From Malacoraja senta (taxonomy: Eukaryota): 64,000 bases of DNA. The translations under genes were made by a program, and so were the position numbers. The stretch covers positions 10,046,001 to 10,110,000 of the forward strand of contig CM075993.1 of assembly GCA_038087875.1 (NCBI GenBank). Direction: 5' to 3'. The notes under the pieces were generated by a model, which did no database searches, was not told the DNA's origin, and was given only the letters and a program-made list of their open reading frames with translations. Below are positions 25,887 through 36,509 of this stretch, one piece after another (the stretch's first letter is position 1; each line of letters opens with the position of its first letter).

Positions 25887-28800
25887 CCATTAAATGAACC
25901 TTGATCTCGTAGGTAGGAAAAATTGGTTTCAAAGCTGAATGACTTAATCCTGTTCCTAGTCAATAGACAATAGACAATAGGTGCAGGAGCAGGCCATTTG
26001 GCCCTTCGAGCCAGCACCGTCATTCAATGTGATCATGGCTGATCATCCCCAATCAGTACCCCGTTCCTGCCTTCTCCCCATATCCCCTGACTCCGATATT
26101 TTTAAGAGCCCTATCTAGCTCTCTCTTGAAAGCATCCAGAGAACCTGCCTCCACCGCCCTCTGAGGCAGAGAATTCCACAGACCTGCCATGAAGTATGAC
26201 ATTGAACCAGGAAATAATTCAACATGAACTTAAAAGTTTCCCCACATAACCATCTGAGAGCTGGGTATTCTTAAATGGCAGACTATCTCCAAAGTACAAA
26301 TGGTGGTGAGAGTTATGGAGTGAGCTTGGTTCATAAGTTCATAAGTTCAAGGAGCATTCGGCCTACTCTGCCATTCAATTATAGCTGATCAATCTTTCCC
26401 TTCTCAACCCCATTCCAAGATGGCGCCCAACCCAGGTGACTCTTTCTGTGCGAGTTACAGAAGTGGATCTGCAATCTCGCATTACAATCGCTCCACTCTT
26501 TTACATCTCCACTCCGGCAGCAACATTTCTTAGTTTACTAGATTCTATCTTGTATCTGTACACTGTGGATGGGCTGATTGTAATCATGTATTGTCTTTCC
26601 GCTGACTGGATAGCATGCAGCAAAAAACTTTTCGCAGAACCTTGGTACACGTGATATTAAACTAAACATCTCATAATGACTGACACCTGTACTAATCAAA
26701 AAAATTTCAATCTCTGCCTTAAAAATATCCATTGACTTGGCCTCCACAGTGTTAAAGAAGGAACTGCAGATGCTGGAAAATCGAAGGTACACAAAAATGC
26801 TGGAGAAACTCAGCGGGTGCAGCAGCATCTATGGAGCGAAGGACAGTGTTCTCCACAGTGTTCTGTGGCGATTAATTCCACAGATTCACAACCCTTTGAT
26901 GAAATAAATTCCTCCTCATCTCCTTTCTTAAGGTGCGCCCGTTCATTGTCAGGCTCTGGCCTCTGGTCCTAGACTCTCACAGCAGGCGGTGTACTCCAAC
27001 TCAAGGAGGAGATGTTCTGGAGTACTAAAGCAAGAATGATACGGGTTAAACAGGGCAAAGGTCAGGCTTGAAATAGGAAGGATGGGGAAACAATGAAATG
27101 TTACAGGAGACGTAGCTTGACTCATCTTCTTGTGTTTCCAGCTTCTCGTACATCCAGATCTCTGACGTAAATTATGTAGTCATTTAAAGAAATGAATAGC
27201 TAATGATAGCTTAAAGTCTACCTCGGTGATGTGACCATATCTTGTTTACACTATCTCTCGAAATCCTGTAAATCATTTAGTGTACTTGAGATTCAGGCTA
27301 CAGAATGGATGTAGTTACTAAAATTGAGATACATTAATTTCAATATACTGACGTTAACAAGGAAGTTAGTATCAGTATCCCACGCACTGACTAAGATGTG
27401 AACATCTAGTAACATAATTTGCTCAGCCTAACTTGGAAGGGGGCTAAGGATATTTACTGGCATGTCCTTGGGGATGCGGATGGAAAAAACTAGAACGTAA
27501 TACAGGTCTTCAAATTTCTGCGGCCATTTGATAGAGTTCGTACTTCCACCGACGGAGGGCTATAAGAACAGGGCAAACAAGTTAAGGCAATTTGCAAAAG
27601 GATTCAATGCAAAATGTTGGGTGTAGTGTATGCGGGGAGCTATGATCTGGAATATTTTCTCTAAAAGAGCATGGAAACATTACACAGTAAGTTTTAAAGG
27701 AGAATTAGATAAATGTTTGACATAGATAATAGACAATAGGTGCAGGCCATTCGGCCCTTCGAGCCAGCACAGCCATTCAATGTGATCATGGCTGATCATC
27801 CCCAATCTGTACCCCGTTCCTGCCTTCTCCCCATATCCCGTGACTCCACTATTTTTTAAGAGCCCTATCTAGCTCTCTCTTGAAAGCATCCAGAGAACCT
27901 GCCTCCACCGCCCTCTGAGGCAGAGAATTCCACAGACCAGTGGAATTGAAAAGTTACAGGATGTTGGGAAAGAACAACTGTGTGGGATCAATTGGATGGT
28001 TACTTTTAATGAGCCTTCACAGATGTAAATGGGCAGAGTGGTCTCCTTCTCCGTTGTGTGATTTCATTCTACGTACAAAAATGGAAGGTCTTTCAATATC
28101 CCTCCAACAGAAAAAATATGCCAAGCTATTTCATAGACAGCTGTCAATAAGCATTTGGGCACAAGCCCGCAAAACCTGGTTTGAGATGAACATTGGAGCC
28201 ATAAAAGAGACAGAGAGTTAGTGGAGTTTTACAAAGGAATTCCAGAGTTTGAGAATTTATCAGCAAAGGCATAGCTGTTGTGGTTCACTTTTCTTAAACA
28301 GGCAAAACCGCAAATAAAATCAGTAAAATCGTTATTTCGCCAGGCGGGTGTGGTAATACTCTTACAGTATGTAGATACATACTATACAGAGCAATCCACA
28401 CAAAGGGACAGTGATTAAGTACATTATTTATACTCCAATAATCAGCGATTCAGCAATACCTTATCTACAGAGCATAGTACAGCCTCTTGCTTCTTAAGAT
28501 TGACAGCTTCTTAAGATTGACAGGTTCTTCTGAGAAAGGAAGGGTTAGCCATATATGGTTATATGAGAAGGCTATTTTTCTGCTGAACAAGCATTTGGTT
28601 TTTTTTACTGAATGACGCACATTATAATCTTATAGAGCAAGGGTAAGAGCCGAGTGTCTGAACATCCTCTAAACGTTTATATTATAGAGGAGACATTCAT
28701 GAAGTTGTGCTTGTTATCTTGCTTGCATTATTGGAAAAAGGCACATAAACATCTTGTTAGCCTTCTTAGTGTAATAAGAGCAAGGGTTAGAGCATTCTGC

Positions 28801-29114
28801 TGGCTTTGCAATTGATAAGAGAAAGGAAACAGCCTGTCTTAGTTTCAGCTGAATCCATTTTTGTAAAGTTTAAATCTTGTAAACTTCCTTACCGCCACCA
28901 CGTTAAAATGGTCAATCCACTGAAGGCCATAGTCGAGGGAGCACACTAATCTGTGTTGGTTGTAGGCTAAAGGAGCTTCCACTGACAGAGAGGGAATCTT
29001 AGATTTGCACACGGGAGAACTAAAAGGCAAAGGAGCTCAGAGTGTCAGGCAGCATCTGTGGAGGGACAGGACAGGCAATGTTTCAGATCGAGTCCCTTCT
29101 TCAGAACTAAAAAG

Positions 29115-29422
29115 CGTGGCATGGTGGTGCAGCGGTAGAGTTGTTGCCTCACAGTGCCAGACACCCGGATTCGATCCTGACTAAGGTCCTGCCTGTACAG
29201 AGTTTGTATGTTCTCCCTGTGACCACATGAGTTTTCTCCGGGTATTCCGGTTTCCTCCCACACTCCAAAGACGTACAGGTTTGTAGGTTAATTATCTTTG
29301 GTAAAAATTGTAAGTTGTCTCAAGTGTGTAGGATGAGGCTAATGTATGGGGACTGCTGGTCGGCGCGATCTCGATGGGCCGAAGGGCCTTTCTCCATGCC
29401 GTATCTCTAAACTAAACTAAAC
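29115..29422 (+). mobile_element. HE1-type V-SINE
   Basis: tRNA-like head, V core, (CTAAA)n tail. Confidence 0.87.
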
Positions 29423-29469
29423 TGAAAGGCATGTTTGCTAGTTTGAAAGCTGTCAGTATTAAACACTCG

Positions 29470-29623
29470 GGGGGGTGGGAGATTGCAACCTTCACGTGGT
29501 CCGCCCCATTTCGACGAATGCAAGAGGCATGCACCTGGCGTGCACAAACAAATAAGATCAAATAGAACAAGTTGTCCTACAACTTTAGGGTGTGCACGCC
29601 CATACGCAAGAAGAAGAAGAAGA
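29470..29623 (+). mobile_element. Short non-autonomous retroposon with HDV-like ribozyme head and (AAG)n tail (Vingi/ingi- or RTE-related), copy 1
   Basis: Homologous to 48708-48835 on the opposite strand. Ends CATACGC(AAG)n. Degenerate TSD ttaaacactcg / tcaaacaatcg. Confidence 0.8.
29472..29523 (+). ncRNA. Minimal HDV-like (CPEB3-type) ribozyme fold, copy 1
   Basis: P1 GGGGTGG/CCGCCCC, P2 TTGCA/TGCAA, P3 ACC/GGT, L3 TTCACGT, J4/2 CGAA; P4 reduced to a few nucleotides. Confidence 0.72.
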
Positions 29624-30719
29624 TCAAACAATCGCGAATTTAGTTTAGTTTTAGTTTTAGAGATACAGCGCGGAAACAGGCCCTCCGGAGTGGAGCGTCT
29701 TTGGAGTGTGGGAGGAAACCGAAGATCTCGGAGAAAACCCACTCGGTCACGGGGAGAACGTACAAACTCCGTACAGACAGCACCCGTACTCAGGATCGAA
29801 CCCAGGCAGCAACTCTACCACTGCGCCACCATGCCACCGGATTCCATGGCTGCCGTATTTCACGAGTTTAGAACATTAATTTAATTTAATTAATGTTTTA
29901 TATAAACTGATAAAGGGGTTAGATGGGGTGCATGGAGGGGAGCTACATCCTCTTGGAAGGCATCTAGAACAAAAGGAAAAAGTTTTCCCCTCAGGTAGTT
30001 TAATCTTTGCCAGATAAGGGTGGGAATGGATAAAGAGCAATGATGGATGTTGAAGGAATAAATCAGTGGCAACCGAATGATAGAACTGGGTCAGTGGGCT
30101 GAACAGCTTCTCCCCGCTCCTATGATTCATCACTGAGCTAATTCCTAACCTTTACGCAGCTGTCCTTCCTCTTTGCAACAGTGAAGACAAGAGATTTACT
30201 GAGAATTGACTCAGACCGCCTTTTACAGGACGTATATTTTTTCTCTTTCTACATGGAGTTGTTTTTGTTTTCTAGATTTTGCCATCCATCCAACAAATCA
30301 GGGTCTGGGGCTCTGATGAGATGAAGCGCTTGAAAAAGCTAATTTACTGCCACATTTATTAAGCTACGTCACGGGTAATGGACAATATAATCGGGGCAGC
30401 CAATTCCCATTTTGATTACTGGATTTCTGAGTGACACATAATCCTGGGTGATGCACTGTGTGGAGATGCACAACCTGTGTGGAAAGCATTTGTGTAATCA
30501 AATTCTGTGAGGAAAAATAGGTTGAAAACATTTTCATACTTGATACTAGACTAAGTGGGACCCGTTGGGTCCCATGTTCACACGGGAGGGTTGGTCCCCC
30601 AGCGCAATATTCCACCTCTCCACCAATTCCAATATTGGTGACCAGTGGGGGGCTTTCTGGAGCACTAGTATGGGTGTTGTGGGCTGAAGGGACTGGTTTC
30701 CAGTGGGCCCAATGGATTC

Positions 30720-31095
30720 TTGGGCTGGCTGCTCAGTCACTCAGGCCTGGTGGGCTGGCAGTTCAGTCACTCAGGGCTGGTGGGCTGGCAGCTCACTCAG
30801 GGCTGGTGGGCTGGCAGTTCAGTCACTCAGGGCTGGTGGGCTGGCAGTTGACTCACTCACGGCTGGTGGGCTGGCAGTTGACTGACTCACGGTTGTTGGG
30901 CTGGCAGTTGACTCACGGCTGGTGGGCTGGCAGTTGATTGACTCACGACTGGTGGGCTGGCAGTTCACTCACTCACGGCTGGTGGGCTGGCAGTTGACTG
31001 ACTCACGGCTGGTGGGCTGGCAGTTGATTGACTCACGGCTGGTGGGCAGCCAGTTGATTGACTCACGGCTGGTGGGCTGGCAGTTCACTCATGGC
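30720..31095. repeat. Minisatellite, 26-30 bp unit (GGCTGGTGGGCTGGCAGTTGACTGACTCAC), ~12-13 copies, inside the Helitron
   Basis: Directly visible tandem array. Confidence 0.95.
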
Positions 31096-31116
31096 TATTC
31101 CTTGAAATTCCATTTC

Positions 31117-31300
31117 AAGAGTGCAGGCCACCAAATTTAAATGCAATTTCATACCATTTCAAGCAGAGTGCAGGCCACCAAATTCAAATGTAATTTCATA
31201 CCATTTCAGGCAGAGTGCAGACCATCAAATTCAAATGCAATTTCATACCATTTCAAGCAGAGTGAAGGCCACCAAATTCAAATGCAATTTCATACCATTT
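31117..31300. repeat. Minisatellite, 47-bp unit (GCAGAGTGCAGGCCACCAAATTCAAATGCAATTTCATACCATTTCAA), ~4 copies, inside the Helitron
   Basis: Unit starts at 31163, 31210 and 31257 (period 47). Confidence 0.95.
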
Positions 31301-31738
31301 GGGCTTTATACTCCTGCCCCCCCGGAAGGGGTGTTACTTTCATCATGGTGATTGACAGGCGAGAGGACCAATCAGCTCATCTCAAGATTTTTTAAACATT
31401 CATATCTTTTTTATTTTTAATCGATCGGAAAAATCCTCGGGGCTGCCTCAGCGGAGGAGGACTGTGAGTAAGATGGCCAAAATTCATAGTGATATATGGT
31501 AGCATTTTTTCTAAAATCAATATACAGCGCAGACTGGAAGTGGTCAAGATGAGACTTTTAGTTATATAGATGTGATGCTACTGTCATCGTAATGAAATGG
31601 CAGTGAAGGGATTTGACAAGATAATTGTAAAAGGTGTCCCTCAAGACCATAACACATAGCAACATAGAAACATAGAAACATAGAAAATAGGTGCAGGAGT
31701 AGGCCATTCAGCCCTTCGAGCCAGCACCACCATTCAGT

Positions 31739-31766
31739 CTGAAGAAGGGTCTCGACCCGAAACGTC
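31739..31766 (+). ncRNA. Minimal hammerhead ribozyme-like core in a Penelope-derived arm (best sense-strand copy)
   Basis: CTGAAGA-A-GGGT(CTCG)ACCC-GAAA-CG-TC: CUGANGA box, 4-bp stem II, GAAA box, palindromic ACGT stem III and GUC triplet. Stem I is only ~2 bp. Confidence 0.55.
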
Positions 31767-34700
31767 GCCCATTCCTTCTCTCCAGAGATGCTGCCTGTCC
31801 CACTGAGTTACTCCAGCATTTTGTGTCTAATGCCATTCAATATGATCATGGCTGATCATCGAACATCAGTACCCCGTTCCTGCTTTTTTCCCCCATATCC
31901 CTTGATTCCTTTAGCCCTAAGAGCTAAATCTAACTCTCTCTTGAAAACATCCAGTCAATTTGCCTCCAATGCCTTCTGTGGCAGAGAATTCCCCTGATTC
32001 ACAACTCTTTGGGTGAAAAAAGACAATTTTTTTAATTGTTCCTAGAAAGTAAGTAAATGTCACAGTGGCATAAATGCAACTCCTTGCCTAAACTATTGTT
32101 ATTGTTGAGAATGAGGGAAAATATTGTTCAAACGACGAAATAAATGGAATACGTAGGAAGGAACTGCAGATGCTGGTTTAAACCGAGCAGAGAAACAAAA
32201 AGCTGGAGTAACTCAGTGGGTCAATCAGCATCTCTGGTGAAAAGGAATAGGTGACGTTTCAGGCCGAGACTTATCTTCAGACCACTTCAAATAAATGGAA
32301 TACCTTGTTTTGATTAAGACTGCAGTGAAGTGCAGTCTCGAGCTCAGTAGGAGTGAACTTCATGGGCACATTGTGTCAGTGGCTGGTGAAATATTGGGGC
32401 AAACTGGAGAGATGGTAGGAAATTTTAAGAATAAGGAGTAAGCCATTTAGAACGGAGCGGAGGAAACATTTGTTCTCAGAGAGTGTGGTGAGTGTGTGGA
32501 ATTCTCTGCCTCAGAGGGCGGTGGAGGCAGGTTCTCTGGATGCTTTCAAGAGAGAGCTAGATAGGGCTCTGAAGGATAGCAGAGTCAGGGGATATGGGGA
32601 GAAGGCAGGAACGAGGTACTGATTGGGGATGATCAGCCATGATCACATTGAATGGCGGTGCTGGCTCAAAGGGGCAAATGGCCTACTCCTGCACCTATTG
32701 TCTATTGAAAGAGTGGAAAAGAAAGTGCTGGAGGAACTTAGCAGGTCATGCAGTATCTGTGGAGGCAAATGGATAGACAACATTTCGGGCTGATTGGTTT
32801 AATGTATTAGGAGCATTTGATGGTTCTGGGCCTCTACTCGCTGGAGTTTAGGAGGATGAGGAGGGGGCTCTCAATGAAACTAACCAAATAATGAAAAAAG
32901 ATAGACACGTAAAGCTGGAGTAACTCAGCGGACCTGACAGCATCTCTGGAGTAAAGGAATAGGTGACGTTTCAGGTTTAGACCCTCTGACCCGCTAAGTT
33001 ACTCCAGCTTTTTGTGTCTACCTTCGGTTTTACCCAGCATCTGCAATACCTTCCTACACAAATAATGAATGGCCTGGATAGAGTGGATATGGAGTGGGTG
33101 TTTCCAGTAGTGAGAGAATCTTGGACCAGAGGGCTTAGCCTCAAAATAATAGGACATACCTTTAGAATGGAGATGAGGAGGAATTTCTTTAGTCAGATGG
33201 TGGTGAATCTGTGGAATTCTTTGCCACAGATGGCTATGGAGGCCGTCATTTGGTATTTTGAAAGGTTGATAGTACAGGTGTCAAAGATTATGGGGATAAG
33301 GCAGGAGAATGGGATTGAGAGGGAAAAATAGATCAGCCATGATCGGATGGCGGAGCAGACTTGATGGACCAAATGTTCTAATTCTTCTCCTATATCTTAT
33401 GGTCTTATTGGGAACCTTCTTCAGGAGTGGGTTTGCATTGTTGGTTTGCTCAGGAGACTGTAGGCTTTCAGAGTCTTCAAGTTAATTGTTTTACTACAAA
33501 ATAGATACAAAGAAAGAAAGTCAGTTTGCCAGGAAGTCTCCAACTTGGTGGCTTAATGCAACTAAACCCCAGGGGATCTCACAATTCTGGAATCTTGTCA
33601 GATATCTTTTTTCAGGAATGTCTAGTGCTATAAACTGACAGAGAACAAGAGCACACTCCCAGAAGGTTCAGCTTCACTGCACACCAGGTTAAAGGCTGCA
33701 GGCAAGCTATGGTTCAGAGCCACTGTGTATCAGATGAAGTAAACAGGCTTGTGGACGGCATTCACAATAAATGTCAGAAACTAAGGAAATAAATTATGTT
33801 TTATTGAAAAAATTGACAGAAGAATCTAGAATCTTACAATGCAGTAGGAGGCCATTTAGTCATAATCCCAATTCATCCATGCCAACCAGGATGCCTCATC
33901 TAAGCTGGTCCCATTCCCCCATGTTTGACCTATATCCCTTTCCTATCCATGTACCTGTCCAGGTGCTTTTTAACTGCTGTTATAGTACCTGCTTGAAATA
34001 CCTCTGGCAATAGTACCCCCTAATCCATGTTGCAATTAACCAAAAGGATCAGTGACATGGTAAGACATCCCAGGAGATACCAAGGTACAGTGAAAATCTT
34101 TTGTTGCAAGCTAACCAGTCAGTGGAAAGACTATAGGTGATTGCAATCGAATCATCCACAGTTTACAGCCATTTACAGTGTATAGATACATGATAGGAGA
34201 ATATCGTGTAGGAAGAAACTGCAGATGCTGGTTTAAACCGAAGATAGACACAAAAAGCTGGAGTAACTCAGCGGGACAGTCAGCATCTCTGGAGAGAAGG
34301 AATGGGTGACGTTTCAGGTCGCGACCCTTCATCTACTGCTGTGAACAGTATTACCCTCTTCCTGGAGGCCTTCTTTGTTAGCAGAGATAGGACCCTGAGA
34401 ACTGCCCTTGTGTTTATAACTGCCTTTGTAACACAACCTATGTATTACTCAATCGTTGGCCAGTAAGTGATCTACTAATTAAAATACTCATTATATAATC
34501 TAATTTGGTACTGCTAATATAATATCAGTTTTGCAGCACCTCGTTCTATTATGTAATGAGTCTCCTGCTGGAGTCTCACATTTCCGTTGGCTTGTCAGGA
34601 ATTCTGTGGATCTATTCTGTAATTGTGGAATAAATGACTCGGGATATCAACATTAGCCATTAAATACTAAGAAATGAGTGGAGATGGAAGTGCATGTTGA

Positions 34701-35636
34701 TGTTAATTGTCCCGGTGAGTGTGTGGCCAGTGTGGTTCTGGCAAACATCGATATATTTATTCCTGCCCCTGAGGTTTCAGGTTGCCCTCACTTAGCAGCT
34801 GTTGCCCCTGAACCCAATGCAGGGAGGAGGAAGCTGGCCAAAGCTCCTCTCTTCCCCCATTGTCACAGCCAAACGAAAAAAGATAACACACTTCCACACA
34901 GGAATGGTGTGAACTGTAGTTCTTCGAATCGGATCCAAGGCCGATTTTTGGGCAAGAGATCGAGCAAAATCTGTATGAAGGTGCCAGTATGGGCAAGGTG
35001 GGTCGAAGGGCTTGTTTCCACGCTGTATGCTGGTTTACGCTGAAGATAGATACAAAGTGCAGGAGTAACCCAGCAGGACAGGCAGCAATTCTGGGAAGAA
35101 GGAATGGGTGACTTTTTGGGTCAAGACCCTTCTTCAGGCAAAACCTGTGTAGGACACTGCTATCGATGGGGTTTATGTAACGTAACAATTACAGTTATAA
35201 CAATATAACTTCCAATAAAAGATCACCTGAAGTGTAGTGTGTAGGACGGAACTGCAGATGCTGATTTACACCGAAGGTAGAGGCAAAATGCTGGAGTAAC
35301 TCAGCGGGTCAAGCAGCATCAAGCATCTCTGGATATCTGCATTTCCTTCCTACAGCGGAACATCACCCATTCCTTCTACCGTAACTGTGGTTGCAGTTTC
35401 CTGGATGTGTATTAACAACACAAGGAATTATTGACATGCTATTTTTTATTACACAAACAGGAGGGGAGGGAGAGAGATAGAGAAAGATGTTCTGTCTTGT
35501 AGAAACCAGAATCAGTCTGCAGAAGGATCTCATCCCGAAACGTCACCTATCCAAGTTCTCCAGAGATGCTGCCTCTCCCGCTGAGTTACTCCAGCACTCC
35601 GTGTCCTGTTCTGTGTCTTGTCTGCTCCCCATGTAA

Positions 35637-36057
35637 TAAACAATAGACAATAGGTGCAGGAGTGGGCCATTTGGCCCTTCGAGCCAGCACCGCCATTCAA
35701 TGTGATCATGGCTGATCATCCCCAATCAGTTCCTGCCTTCTCCCCATATCCCCTGACTCCGCTATTTTTAAGAGCCCTATCTAGCTCTCTCTTGAAAGCA
35801 TCCAGAGAACCTGCCTCCTGAGGCAGAGAATTCCACAGACTCACCACTCTCTGTGAGAAAAAGTGCTTCATCGTCTCCGTTCTAAATGGCTTACTCTTTA
35901 TTCTTAAACTGTGGCGCCTGGTTCTGGACTCCCCCAACATCGGGAACATGTTTCCTGCCTCTAGCGTGTCCAAGCCCTTAACAATCTTATATGTTTCAAT
36001 GATATGTTATATGTTTCAATGAGATACCCTCTCATCCTTCTAAACTCCAGTGTGTAC
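35637..36057 (-). mobile_element. CR1-clade LINE 3' end
   Basis: Reverse complement of the 7895-8507 family, with a private 6-nt deletion (aatcagttcctgcc). Confidence 0.9.
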
Positions 36058-36193
36058 ATCACCTGCTTTGATCAAGTCCTTTACCACAGGTGGCCTCATG
36101 TGGCTTGTTGATGAGGCAGTGGTGGCAGTTTCAGTTTAACTTATAGTCACGTGTACCAAGGTCTGAGAGGCAGCAATGGTGGACATGATAGAA

Positions 36194-36509
36194 AGTTTAG
36201 TTTAGTTTAGAGATACAGCGCAGAAACAGGTCCTTCAGCCCACCGAGTCTGCTCCGACCAGAGATCCCCGCACGCTAACACTATCTTACACACTCTAGGT
36301 ACAATTTACACTTATACCAAGCCAATTTACCTACAAACCTATACGTCTTTGGAGTGTGGGAGGAAACCAATGATCTTGGAAAAAACCCACGCAGGTCACG
36401 GGGAGAACGTGCAAACCCTGTACAGACTCCCGTAGTCAGACTCGAACCTGGGTCTCTGGCGCCGCAAGCGCTGTAAGGTAGCAACTCTACCGCTGCGCCA
36501 CCGTGCCGC
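36194..36509 (-). mobile_element. HE1-type V-SINE
   Basis: Full-length minus-strand copy. Confidence 0.9.

Larger units (their letters stand above)
30546..31570 (-). mobile_element. Complete non-autonomous Helitron (1025 bp) with internal minisatellites
   Basis: Minus strand starts TCTATATAACTAAAAG and ends with the hairpin TGGGACCC-AAC-GGGTCCCA, then CTTAGT and CTAG. Inserted between host A and T with no TSD. Confidence 0.9.

Noticed and set aside
30720..31300. CRISPR-like regularly repeated units
   Set aside because: Head-to-tail tandem repeats with no unique spacers, no cas genes, eukaryotic context; they lie inside a Helitron.
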